Under the pieces are notes generated by a model. It saw only the letters and a list, made by a program, of their open reading frames with translations, was not told where the DNA came from and did no database searches. Both the position numbers and the translations under genes were made by a program. A DNA stretch of 64,000 bases from Acidobacteriota bacterium (GTDB lineage Bacteria > Acidobacteriota > Polarisedimenticolia > SMYD01), in contig JBHHYE010000016.1 of assembly GCA_046757405.1 (NCBI GenBank), positions 48 through 64,047 on the forward strand, read 5' to 3'. Position 1 is the stretch's first letter. Each line of letters starts with the position of its first letter. Below, one piece after another: positions 42,194 through 51,944 of the stretch.

Positions 42194-42307
42194 TAAACCG
42201 CTCGCATCCGGCGCAAGAATCTGGCATCATGTCCAGGGGGCTCCATCGTGGGGCGCCAGCCACCACCCCGCTGCGGGCCTGGTAGACCTGGAGAGGAGAA
42301 TCGCACG

Positions 42308-43069
42308 ATGATCGAGGTTGGCACGACGGCACCAGACTTCACCCTGGCGGACCACCTGGGACGCCAGATCCGTCTCACATCCTTCCGCGGGCAGCGGCAT
42401 GTGATGCTGCTCTTCTATCCCCTCGACTGGACGCCGACGTGAAGCCGCGAGGTGCCCGGGGTGGAAGCTCTGTTACCCCGCTTCCGGGCCGCCCACACCC
42501 AGGTTCTGGGTGTCAGCGTCGACAGTGTCTATTGCCATGCCAACTGGGGCCGTGACCTGGGCGGCGTCTCCTTTCCCCTCCTGTCCGACTTCCAGCCCAA
42601 GGGAGGCATGGCCGGCTCGTACGGCCTCTACCTCGAAGACAGCGGGATCACCGACCGCGCCACGGTCATCATCGACCGTGGAGGAACCGTGCGCCAGGCG
42701 GTCTCGGTGACTCCCAGCGGACAGCGCGATCCGGAGGCCCTGGCAGCCGCCTGCGAGGAGATCGACCGGGAGTTCGGACAGGGTCTCGCGGACATTTCCG
42801 CGCCGGCGGGGCTGCCGTCCGGCACGCGCCTCTTCGTCAAGAGCCAGTGCGGGTTTTCGAGAGCGGTTCTTCTGGCCCGCGACAACCTGCACCTGGGCCC
42901 GGTGCTGCCGGCCGCCAACGCGAGCGAGGACGCCACGGCCCGAAGGGACCTGGCGGAGGCCGCCGGGAAGGACCAGGCTCCTTGCCTGATTCATGACGGA
43001 GAGACACTCCACGAGGCGGCCGCGATCATCCGGTTCCTGGTGCAAGCCGCCAGCGACCTGCCCGCCTGA
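42308..43069 (+). CDS. Selenocysteine peroxiredoxin (TxxU) fused to a CGFS glutaredoxin-like domain; TGA 42440-42442 read as Sec
   Basis: GAGGAG RBS; APDFTL...FYPLDWTPT-TGA-SRE...GVSVDS...FPLLSD...RATVIID; then FVKSQCGFS...QAPCL. Confidence 0.9.
42457..42480 (+). promoter_or_regulatory. Putative SECIS element
   Basis: CGGGGTGG-AAGCTCTG-TTACCCCG stem starting 14 nt after the UGA. Confidence 0.6.
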
Positions 43070-43075
43070 TCCGGG

Positions 43076-45737
43076 TCAGTCCTTCGCGAACCCCCGGATC
43101 AAAATGATGTCGCTGGTCTGCCGCACGCGCGCGACGGCCAGGCGGCCTCCGTCCCGGGACCAGGCGAAACCGGCGATCTCCAGGTCCGTGAAGCGGGTGA
43201 GCTGGACCGGCTCACCTCCTTCCAGGGAGCGGCGCCAGATGTTGTCAACGCCCTCCCGGGTCTCGATGTAGGTCAGCGCCGCTCCATCCGGCGCCCAGCG
43301 GACGAATTGTGTGGGCGAGAAGCCGGCCAGAGGCACCGGCTTGCCCCCGTCCATGGGGAGGAGTCCGAAGGACAGGCGCTCGGTCTCGGGATCGCGCAGG
43401 AGAACCAGGAGGCGGGCACCATCCGGTGAGAGGTCGTAGTCGAGGACGGGGACGGGGCTGATCGGAACGGCGCTGCCCCCCTCCAGCGGCACCTTCCAGA
43501 GGGTCTGGATTCCCTTGGCGAGGGACATGTAGACGACCTCCCGGCCGTCGGGCGTGCATCGAGGTTCGCCATCCAGGTCGCCGTGGGTCAGCTGACGGCG
43601 TCCACCGCCGTCCAGATCCATGATCCAGAGATTGACGGTGCCCCCGGTCTCCGACATGAAGACGACGCGGCGCCCGTCCGGAGTGACGGAGGGAAAAACT
43701 TCCGGATGATCGCCGCGGGCGATACGGACAGGTTCGCCTCCGGAGGGATCGGCCATCCACAGCGCCCAGTTGTCGGTGGCGTGGGAGCCATAGACCAGCC
43801 GTCCTCCGGGTGTCCAGTGCAGCCCCCCGAGCCCCGCGCGCGACTCACCCTCCGGCAGGAACGCGCGCGGGGCCTCCCGTCCGCGCCCATCCGCCAGCCA
43901 GAGGCTCGAGGTCACACGGCCCTGGGTCGTCACCAGGGACGCCCCATCCGCCGTCAGGCTGAGGCCATCGTAGCTGTTCAGATCGCTGGTGAGGGGATGG
44001 GCCGTCCCGCCAGAGAAAGGAAACATCCAGATCTGGTTTTCACTGCCGAAGGACCGGTCGTTGGCCACCGCCAGAAGCCCGCTGGAGTCGGGTAGCCAGG
44101 CCAGGTCGTCGACTTCAAACCAGTCCTTCCGGGTGACGGGCTGTTCGGTCCCTCCGGAGGATGGGATGGCGACGATCCCCGCGTGAATCTTGGGGGTGAA
44201 GGCAAAAAACGGGGTGGCAATGTATGCGCCACTGGGCGACCAGGCCGGATCACCCGTGAACAGCCGGGGAGCCCTCGAGGTGGCCAGAACCTGCTCCCGG
44301 GAGCCGTCCAGAGAGGCGAGGATGATGGAGGAGTCTCCCGTCAGGTTATCGCCACGCCGGAAGACGAGCCTTTCTCCTCCGGGCTCCAGCGAGACGGCGC
44401 TGTCCACGTTCTCGATGAGCCGGTGAGGCGTCCCGCCCAGGCTGGGAATCTGGAACAGGTCCGAGCGCGGCTCTCCCCGCTTCCCTGAGGTGTAGTACAC
44501 GTAGTTCCCATCCGGCGAGAAGACCGGCTGCTCGAAATCGACCTCTGCGGGTGGCAGCAGCTCCCGATCGCTGCGGGTGGCGATCTGCCGGACCCGGAGG
44601 CTCCGTCTCTGGTCGGATCCCCGGGCCACGTAGACCATGTACTTGCCGTCGGGGGAAATGGCCGCGGCGGTGGAGGTGCCCGTGCGGGTCAGGTAGGTCA
44701 TCCGGAGGCTGGCGGTGGGGCGACCGGTTCCGGCCGCTTCCCCCGGCGTTCCCAGGCGCAGCAGTCCCCATGCCGTGGCCAGGATGATCCCGCCGCCCAG
44801 GAGGAACGCCGGAACGGCCCATCTGCGGCGGGCCGGAGCCCGTGCCCCTCCCGGAAGGGCGCCCGCCGCCAGTTCTCCCGAGTCGTGTTCCTCCTTGAGC
44901 TCCAGGAGATCGTTGCGCAGCCCCAGGGCCGATTGATAGCGGCGGTCCGGATCTTTCGCCAGGCAGCGCTTCACGATCCGTCCCAGGTGGCGCGGCAGGG
45001 TCCGGTTGAGCTGGGAGATGGAGGGTGGTGCATCCCTGAGAATGGAGGAAATGGTGGAGATCGGGGTGGCGCCCGTGAAGGGGCGCTGTCCGGTCGCCAT
45101 CTCGAAGAGGATCACGCCCAGGGAAAAGACATCCGAGCGCGGGTCCACCGGCTTTCCCTCGGCCTGTTCCGGCGACATGTAGGCCACCGTGCCGAGGACC
45201 CGTCCCTCCTGGGTGGCCGAGACCGTTTCCAGATGGGTGCCGGCGCCGCCCGCGGCGGAAGACTCCTGCTGCAGCCTGGCGAGGCCGAAGTCCAGCACCT
45301 TCACGCGCGAGTTTTCCCCCACCATGATGTTGTCGGGCTTCAGATCCCGGTGGGTGGTCCCTTGCCGGTGCGCCGCCGCCACGGCCTCGGTGAGCGGCAG
45401 CGCCAGCTCGAAGAGGCGGTCCAGCGGCAACCCGTTCCGCCCGATGAGCCGTGTGAGAGGCTGGCCCCGGATCCGCTCCATGGTCATGAAGTGAACACTG
45501 CCGGATTCTTCCACGGAGTGAATGGTGACGATATTGGGGTGATTGAGGGCGGCGATGACCCGGGCCTCGCGCTGGAAGCGCGCCCGGCGCTCCGGATCGC
45601 CGGCCATCTCCCTGGGCAGGATCTTCAGGGCCACCTGGCGGTGCAGGCGGGTGTCGTCGGCCAGATAGACCTCGCCCATCCCCCCCCTTGCCCAGGGTCT
45701 GGCGGATCGCATAATCGTTGAGCGTCTTGCCGATCAC
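43076..45737 (-). CDS. Ser/Thr kinase with TolB-like propeller; apparent +1 frameshift in a G8 run (45680-45687)
   Basis: GTG IGKTLNDYAIRQTLGKG joins GMGEVY if one G is removed; HRDLKPDN, DFGLA, YMSPEQ, PD40 repeats. Confidence 0.88.
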
Positions 45738-45809
45738 GGATCTGCCCCCGCCCGCGATGTTACCGCACCCCTTTCTCCAGGCAAAAGGGCCCGCCGGGAC
45801 TGAATTTTT

Positions 45810-45837
45810 TTGAGTTTTCGCGATCCTCTGGTATGCT
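45810..45837 (+). promoter_or_regulatory. Candidate sigma70 promoter of the DsrE-like cluster
   Basis: TTGAGT-16 bp-TATGCT with extended -10 TG. Confidence 0.45.
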
Positions 45838-45927
45838 ATTCCTGTTGCTGACTGTTCCTGCGAACCGGGAGCCGGGGGCGAGTTGGCGGTGCGTGTGGCA
45901 GCGGCACCTGGCCCAGGAGGTCTGTCC

Positions 45928-46257
45928 ATGGCGAAGTATCTGTTGATCGAGTCCCGTGACCCGTTCGAGGCCAACGATGTTGCCTCCTATTTTTACGGCC
46001 TGGCCACGCGGCTGGCCGAGCTGGGGAACACCGTGACCTTGTTCCTGGTCCAGAACGGCGTGCTCCCGGCGCGGCGCTGCGCTTTCTCGGAGCGGTTATC
46101 GGCCGCGCATCAGGCCGGTGTCGAGGTTCTGGCCGATGAGTTCTCCTTGAAGGAGCGGGGGATTGGAAGCTCCCAGATGATCGCGGAGGTCAAGCCGGCG
46201 CCTCTGGATGTGGTTGTGGACCAGCTTGCGGAGGGCCGCAAGGCCCTCTGGCACTGA
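45928..46257 (+). CDS. DsrE-family sulfur-relay-like protein
   Basis: YLLIESRDPFE, VTLFLVQNGV, ADEFSLKERGI; AGGAGG RBS. Confidence 0.82.
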   Translation: MAKYLLIESRDPFEANDVASYFYGLATRLAELGNTVTLFLVQNGVLPARRCAFSERLSAAHQAGVEVLADEFSLKERGIGSSQMIAEVKPAPLDVVVDQLAEGRKALWH

Positions 46258-46268
46258 AGGGGGGAAGG

Positions 46269-46682
46269 ATGGCTGATACCAAGACGCTCACATTCGTTCT
46301 CATGGACCCTCCTTACGAGAATGCCCGGACCACCACGGCCTTGCGCCTCCTCGACATCGCGGCGCGCCGCGGCTACCAGATCAACGTCTTTGCCTACGAG
46401 GGGGCGGTGAGTGTGCCGTTTTCCGAGCAGGCTCCCCATGCGAACGCGGTCCATGGCCGGGATGTGGAAGCCGAGGACCACCCCAACCCCAAAGACTGGG
46501 TGAAAGAGGTCATGGCGGAGGCGGAACGGAACGGCGGAGCGGTCGACTGGGTGCAGTGCGGCCTGTGCGTCGACGAGCGCGGCGTGGGCGAGTCGATTCC
46601 CGGCCTCAGGCGGGGGACGCCGGGCGACCTGGTGAAGTTCAGCGAGGCATCGGACAACACGCTGGTCATCCCCACAAAGTGA
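46269..46682 (+). CDS. DsrE/DsrF-like protein with CxxC
   Basis: LMDPPYE, VFAYEGAV, CGLCVDERG. Confidence 0.85.
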   Translation: MADTKTLTFVLMDPPYENARTTTALRLLDIAARRGYQINVFAYEGAVSVPFSEQAPHANAVHGRDVEAEDHPNPKDWVKEVMAEAERNGGAVDWVQCGLCVDERGVGESIPGLRRGTPGDLVKFSEASDNTLVIPTK

Positions 46683-46701
46683 TATCGAGGAGATAAGACC
46701 C

Positions 46702-47088
46702 ATGGCAAAGAAGATTCTCCAGATCATCGAAACCGCCTACCGGGCGACCCTCGAGGAACAGGACGATCCGGTCGTCTGGATGACCCATGCAATGAAAGGC
46801 GCCGGAGGCGAGCCGGAGGTTCTCCTGCGCGGCAACGCCGTCAACTACGCCGTGAAGGAGCAAGACGCCTCCGGGCTGGCCTTTGGTGCCTGGAAGCAGA
46901 CGCAGCCTCCGCGGCTCGCCGGCGATCTGTCCAGCCTGATCCGGAAGGGCGTCAACGTCTACATCGTGGAGGAGGACATCCGCCAGCGCGGCCTGGAGAC
47001 CTCCGACCTCATCGAGGGGCTCAAGACCACGCCAAGCCGTGAGGTGGCCGGTCTTCTGGCCGGCTACGATCAGGTCTGGCACTGGTAA
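46702..47088 (+). CDS. DsrE/F/H-like protein without Cys
   Basis: AYRATLEEQDD, LLRGNAV, VYIVEEDIRQRGL, YDQVWHW. Confidence 0.8.
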   Translation: MAKKILQIIETAYRATLEEQDDPVVWMTHAMKGAGGEPEVLLRGNAVNYAVKEQDASGLAFGAWKQTQPPRLAGDLSSLIRKGVNVYIVEEDIRQRGLETSDLIEGLKTTPSREVAGLLAGYDQVWHW

Positions 47089-47122
47089 AGCGGGCCTCGG
47101 CCTTGACGGGGGGCAAGCCGGC

Positions 47123-48511
47123 GTGATCTTCAAGCAGTACTACCTGGGGTGCCTGTCCCAGGCGTCGTACCTGATCGGCGACACCGGAACCGGCGCCGCC
47201 GCCGTGGTCGATCCCCGGCGGGACGTCGAGCCCTATCTGGCCGATGCCGCGGAGAGGGGCCTGGGCATCCGGCATGTTCTGCTCACCCATTTCCATGCCG
47301 ACTTCCTGGCGGGCCACCTGGAATTGCGCCAGCGCACGGGAGCGCGTCTTTACCTCGGTGCACGGGCGAAAGCCGAGTTCCCGTTCGAGCCGGTGAAAGA
47401 TGGCCGCCGGATCCCCTTGGGCAGGGTGTGCCTGGAGATCCTGGAAACCCCTGGACACACGCCCGAATCGATCTCCATCCTGGTCTTCGACGGGGATCCC
47501 GGCTCACACCGGCCCCACGCGGTGTTGACCGGGGACACCCTGTTCATCGGCGATGTCGGCCGGCCGGACCTGATGGCCTCCGCGGGTCTTTCAGCGATCC
47601 AGCTCGGCGAAATGCTCCACCAGTCCCTCCACGAGAAGCTCCTCACGCTTCCCGATGCGACCCTGGTTTACCCGGGCCATGGCGCCGGATCTCTCTGCGG
47701 CAGGGCGCTCAGCTCGGAGACTGTCTCCACCATCGGCGCCCAGAAGCTGCAGAACATGGCATTGCGCCCCATGAGCCGGGAGGAGTTCGTGGCGGAGGTC
47801 TCGTCCGGCCAACCCGACCCGCCGGCTTACTTCGCACATGATGCTGCGTTGAACCGCCGGGAGCACACGACCCTGGAGGCCAGCCTGGAGCGGGCTCTGA
47901 CGCCTCTGGCGCCGGGCGTTTTTCTGCAGCAGTGTCCCGCGGCCCAGGTTCTGGATTGCCGCCACCCTGATCAGTTTGCCGCCAACCACCTGGCTGGCAG
48001 CCTCAACATCGGCCTGGACGGGCGGTACGCGACCTGGGCGGGAACGCTCCTGCAGCATGACCGGCCGATCCTCCTGGTCACCCCGCCCGGACAGGAACGG
48101 GAGGCGGTGGTGCGCCTCGGCCGGATCGGCTACGACAACGTCTCGGGTTACCTGGAGGGAGGGATCGCCGCGCTGCTTGAACAGGAGACGCACTCCCTGA
48201 AACGGACGCGGCGGATCGATGCCGTCGGGCTCCAGGGGCAGCTCTCGGCCGCCCGCCCGCCGGCTGTCATCGATGTCCGCAGTCCGGGTGAGTGGGCGGC
48301 GGGTTATATCCAGGGGAGCCTGAACCACCCGCTGGACCAGCTCCCACGACGCCTGGATCTTCTTGCGTCGGGAGAACGGCTGGTGGTCCACTGCGCCACG
48401 GGGTACCGTTCCTCCATTGCTGCCAGCTTCCTGGCCCGGGAAGGGATCCGCCGTCTGGTCGAGCTCGAGGGGGGACTCGGAGCCTGGCGGTTCCCCTTGC
48501 AAGTGGCGTAG
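47123..48511 (+). CDS. MBL-fold persulfide dioxygenase-like protein fused to rhodanese domains
   Basis: THFHADF, TPGHTPE, TGDTLFIGDVGRPDL, PGHGAGSLCG, HCATGYRS. Confidence 0.9.
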   Translation: MIFKQYYLGCLSQASYLIGDTGTGAAAVVDPRRDVEPYLADAAERGLGIRHVLLTHFHADFLAGHLELRQRTGARLYLGARAKAEFPFEPVKDGRRIPLGRVCLEILETPGHTPESISILVFDGDPGSHRPHAVLTGDTLFIGDVGRPDLMASAGLSAIQLGEMLHQSLHEKLLTLPDATLVYPGHGAGSLCGRALSSETVSTIGAQKLQNMALRPMSREEFVAEVSSGQPDPPAYFAHDAALNRREHTTLEASLERALTPLAPGVFLQQCPAAQVLDCRHPDQFAANHLAGSLNIGLDGRYATWAGTLLQHDRPILLVTPPGQEREAVVRLGRIGYDNVSGYLEGGIAALLEQETHSLKRTRRIDAVGLQGQLSAARPPAVIDVRSPGEWAAGYIQGSLNHPLDQLPRRLDLLASGERLVVHCATGYRSSIAASFLAREGIRRLVELEGGLGAWRFPLQVA

Positions 48512-48583
48512 ATCCGGGCCTGCCATCCCGCAAGAGTGTTTTCCTGCCGTTGATCGGAACGATTCCGGTATTTCTTCTGACTA

Positions 48584-48625
48584 TTGACAAGAATCATTCA
48601 TACGTATAATTTAAACGTACGTTTG
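48584..48625 (+). promoter_or_regulatory. Promoter with overlapping PsrA-like TetR operator
   Basis: TTGACA (48584)-15 bp-TATAAT (48605), then perfect palindrome AAACGTACGTTT (48613-48624). Confidence 0.7.
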
Positions 48626-48640
48626 CATCATTGGATACCG

Positions 48641-49306
48641 ATGAAGGACGACAAGGAGACAGACCAGCGGATCCTCGATGCCGCGGAAGCCCTGTTCGCC
48701 CGTCACGGCTTCGCCGCGACCTCGCTCCGCAGTATCACGGCGGCAGCCGGTGTCAACCTGGCCGCCGTCCATTACCATTTCGGCTCCAAGGACTCCCTCA
48801 TCGAGGCGGTCTTCAGCCGCCGCTTACGGCCCGTCAACCGGGAACGGCTTCGCCTGCTGGACGAGGCCGAGAAGGCCGGCCAGCCAGGCCCGCCGAGTGT
48901 GGAGACGATCCTCGAGGCGTTCCTGGGGCCGGTGCTGCGAATGAGCGGCGATCCGCTGCAGGGCGGAGCCGTGGTGATGCGCCTCCTGGGGAACGCCCTG
49001 AGCCAGCCTGACGAGCGGATCCGCCGGATGTTCTTGCAGCAGTTTGCCGAGATCGTGCGGCGCTTCACGACCGCCCTCAAGAAGGCGTTGCCGGATCACC
49101 CCCCACCGGAGGTCTTCTGGCGCTTCCTCTTCACCATCGGAGCCATGGCCCACACGCTGGCCTGGTCACACGACATGGCATCCTTGTCCCATGGCCAGTG
49201 CGCGGCCGAGGACAGCACAACGACCCTCAGGAGACTGGTCGGATTCATCGCCGCCGGAATGCGCGCGCCGTTGACCGTGACTCCAGACAGGAGGGAGACC
49301 GCATGA
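48641..49306 (+). CDS. TetR-family regulator (PsrA-like)
   Basis: RILDAAEALFA...SLRSIT..AGVNLAAVHYHFGSK...NRERL. Confidence 0.9.
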   Translation: MKDDKETDQRILDAAEALFARHGFAATSLRSITAAAGVNLAAVHYHFGSKDSLIEAVFSRRLRPVNRERLRLLDEAEKAGQPGPPSVETILEAFLGPVLRMSGDPLQGGAVVMRLLGNALSQPDERIRRMFLQQFAEIVRRFTTALKKALPDHPPPEVFWRFLFTIGAMAHTLAWSHDMASLSHGQCAAEDSTTTLRRLVGFIAAGMRAPLTVTPDRRETA

Positions 49307-50778
49307 GACGGCGTGCCGCCATCTTGCTTCTGCCATGGCTGGTCTCCTGTGTTGCGTCGCCGCCGCACCGTCCGCTGCCGGAGGCTTTGGAGGTGCCGGA
49401 TGAATGGAACGCCCGCCCGGTGAGGGCGAGCCCGGCCGAAGGGCGGTGGTGGACCCGCTTCTCCGATGACCAGCTGGACAGCCTGGTATCGCTGGCTCTG
49501 GAGGCGAACCATGATATCCAGAGGGCAGCAGCTCGCATGCAGCAGGCCGCCGCGTCGGCGCGCATCGATGCGGCGGACCTGAAGCCTCTGGTCGGTGCCG
49601 CACTCGATGGCGCCCGCCGCCAGCAGAACTTCATCGGCTTTCCCATCCCCGGCCGGGCGCAGCAGGTTCTGAGGACATCCTCCACCCGTTACGGGCTGTC
49701 GCTGGAGACCACCTGGGAGGTGGATCTGTGGGGGCGGATCCGGGCGGCGGCCCGGGCCGGGCTGGCCGACTTTGCCGCCAGCCAGGCCGACCTCCGCGGA
49801 GTGAAACTGTCGATCGCAGCGCAAACAGTCCGGGCGTGGTTTGCCCTGGCGGAGGCGAACCAGCAGGTGGACCTGGCCGAAGACACGGTGGCGCGCCGGC
49901 ACCAATCGGCCCAGCAGGTCCGTTCCCGCTTCGAGCGCGGCCTCCGCCCTGCGGTCGACCTGCGGCTGGCTCTATCGAATCTCGCCGACGCGGAGGCGGA
50001 AGTGGAGCGTGAGAGGCGGCGCCGGGACGCGGCCATGCGGCAGCTCCAGGTTCTTCTGGGCCGTTACCCGTCGGATTCCCTGGCTCCTTTCCGCCCCCCT
50101 GCAGGGTTGCCACGGGAACCGCCGCCGGTGCCGGTGGGTCTGCCGGCCGAGTTGATTGGACGCCGGCCGGACGTGGTGGCGGCCGGGCGCCGGCTGGCCG
50201 CGGCCGACCAGCGGTTGCGATGGGCGCGGCGATCGCTCTATCCCCGCCTGAGCCTCACCGGGACCGGCGGGACCACGAGCACGGAGCTGGCCGATCTGGT
50301 GGATGGCGACTTCCGTGTCTGGAGTCTGGCGGCGAACCTCATGCAGCCGCTTTTCCAGGGCGGCCGGTTGCGGGCCGGTGTGGCGCGCGCCGATGCGGCG
50401 GCCCAGGAGGCCCTGGCCCTCTACGCCGGAACCGCATTGCAGGCCTTCGCCGAGGTCGAGACCGCGCTGGCGGCGGAGACGTTCCTGGCCGGTGAGGAGG
50501 CGCGCCAGGCGGAATCGGCAGCCCAGCTCCAGGCGGCCAGCGATCTGGCGCGCTCGCGCTACCAGCGGGGTATCGGCGACTACCTGACGGTGCTCGAGTC
50601 GGAAACCCGGGAACTTGCCGCGCGCAGTGCGCTGCTCTCGGTGCGCCGCCTGCGCCTGGATACCCGGGTGGATCTGCACCTGGCCCTGGGTGGCGGATTC
50701 GAAACCGGCCTGCGCCCAACCCGCCGTCCTGGCCGGCGACCGGAGCGTGGGGTCCGTGCGGATGGGGAGGCGCCGTGA
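49303..50778 (+). CDS. RND efflux outer-membrane lipoprotein (NodT/OprM family)
   Basis: Lipobox LVSC, WEVDLWGR, PAELIGRRPDV, LALGGG. Confidence 0.92.
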   Translation: MRRRAAILLLPWLVSCVASPPHRPLPEALEVPDEWNARPVRASPAEGRWWTRFSDDQLDSLVSLALEANHDIQRAAARMQQAAASARIDAADLKPLVGAALDGARRQQNFIGFPIPGRAQQVLRTSSTRYGLSLETTWEVDLWGRIRAAARAGLADFAASQADLRGVKLSIAAQTVRAWFALAEANQQVDLAEDTVARRHQSAQQVRSRFERGLRPAVDLRLALSNLADAEAEVERERRRRDAAMRQLQVLLGRYPSDSLAPFRPPAGLPREPPPVPVGLPAELIGRRPDVVAAGRRLAAADQRLRWARRSLYPRLSLTGTGGTTSTELADLVDGDFRVWSLAANLMQPLFQGGRLRAGVARADAAAQEALALYAGTALQAFAEVETALAAETFLAGEEARQAESAAQLQAASDLARSRYQRGIGDYLTVLESETRELAARSALLSVRRLRLDTRVDLHLALGGGFETGLRPTRRPGRRPERGVRADGEAP

Positions 50779-51944
50779 GAGGGACGCTGCTCCTGAAGGC
50801 AGGCCTGCCGCCGCTGGTCCTGGCCCTGGGGGGGCTCGTCGCCCTTGTCCTGTACTGGGCCCGTCCGGCTCCGGAGGCCGTCCAACCCGGCGCGGTCCTG
50901 CCGTGGGTCCGGGTCGAGAGAGTCCATCTGCAGACCGTGCAACCGACGGTGCACAGCCAGGGCACCGTCGTTCCGCGCACCGAGAGCGTCCTGGTGTCCG
51001 AGGTGGCCGGGCGGATCACCGAGGTTTCTCCATCCTTCAGCGTGGGGGGCTTCTTCGAGGCCGGCGATCTTCTGGTGCGGGTTGATCCCAGCGATTACGA
51101 GCGGCGGGTCACCGAGGCACGAGCCGAGGTAACTCGCCGTCAGATGAGTCTGGAAGAGGAGCGCGCCAGCGCGGAGGTGGCGCGCGAGGAATGGCAGGAG
51201 CTGGGAGAAGGAGAGCCCACCCCCCTGACGCTTCACCAGCCACAGGTGGCCGAGGCCGAGGCGGCCTTGGCGGCGGCCCGCGCGATGCTGGAGCAGGCGC
51301 GGCGTGAGGTGGATCGAACGCGTCTCCGCGCCCCTTATGCCGGGCGGGTCCGCGAGAAGCATGCGGATGTGGGACAGTATGTCACCCCGGGAACTCCCAT
51401 TGGCACCTTGTACGCCGTCGACTACGCCGAGGTCCGCCTGCCGGTTCCGGACCAGGAGCTGGCCTACCTGGACTTGCCGCTGGGCTACCGCGGAGAGCCG
51501 GCGCCGGAGACCGGCCCGCCGGTGCGCCTGACGGCCGACTTCGCCGGGCAGGTCCATGCATGGCAGGGCCGGATCGTGCGGACAGAGGGGGAAATCGATC
51601 CGAAGAGCCGCATGGTTATGCTGGTGGCGCGCGTCAAGGATCCATACGGGCGGGGCGGGGATCCGGACCGCCCTCCACTGGCGGTCGGGATGTTCGTCAA
51701 CGCCGAGATCCAGGCGCGTGAGTTCAAGAATGTTGCGGTCGTGCCACGCGGAGCGCTCCGCGGAACGGACCGGGTCGTGGTGGTCGATCAAACGGATCGC
51801 CTGCGCTTTCGTCCCGTGCAGGTCCTGCGCCGGACAGGCGACGAGGTGTACATCGGCAAGGGGCTGGAAGAGGGAGACCGCATCTGCCTTTCATTGCTGG
51901 AGCCGGTCACCGAAGGGATGCGGGTGCGCGCCCGGGACTCATGA
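50775..51944 (+). CDS. RND efflux periplasmic adaptor (MFP)
   Basis: EVAGRI, LRAPYAGRV, GMFVNAEI. Confidence 0.92.
   Translation: MRGTLLLKAGLPPLVLALGGLVALVLYWARPAPEAVQPGAVLPWVRVERVHLQTVQPTVHSQGTVVPRTESVLVSEVAGRITEVSPSFSVGGFFEAGDLLVRVDPSDYERRVTEARAEVTRRQMSLEEERASAEVAREEWQELGEGEPTPLTLHQPQVAEAEAALAAARAMLEQARREVDRTRLRAPYAGRVREKHADVGQYVTPGTPIGTLYAVDYAEVRLPVPDQELAYLDLPLGYRGEPAPETGPPVRLTADFAGQVHAWQGRIVRTEGEIDPKSRMVMLVARVKDPYGRGGDPDRPPLAVGMFVNAEIQAREFKNVAVVPRGALRGTDRVVVVDQTDRLRFRPVQVLRRTGDEVYIGKGLEEGDRICLSLLEPVTEGMRVRARDS

Noticed and set aside
45680-45687. Phase-variable G8 tract in the kinase gene
   Set aside because: Gly-Gly codons naturally give G7 here; a one-base homopolymer sequencing error is simpler and cannot be distinguished without reads
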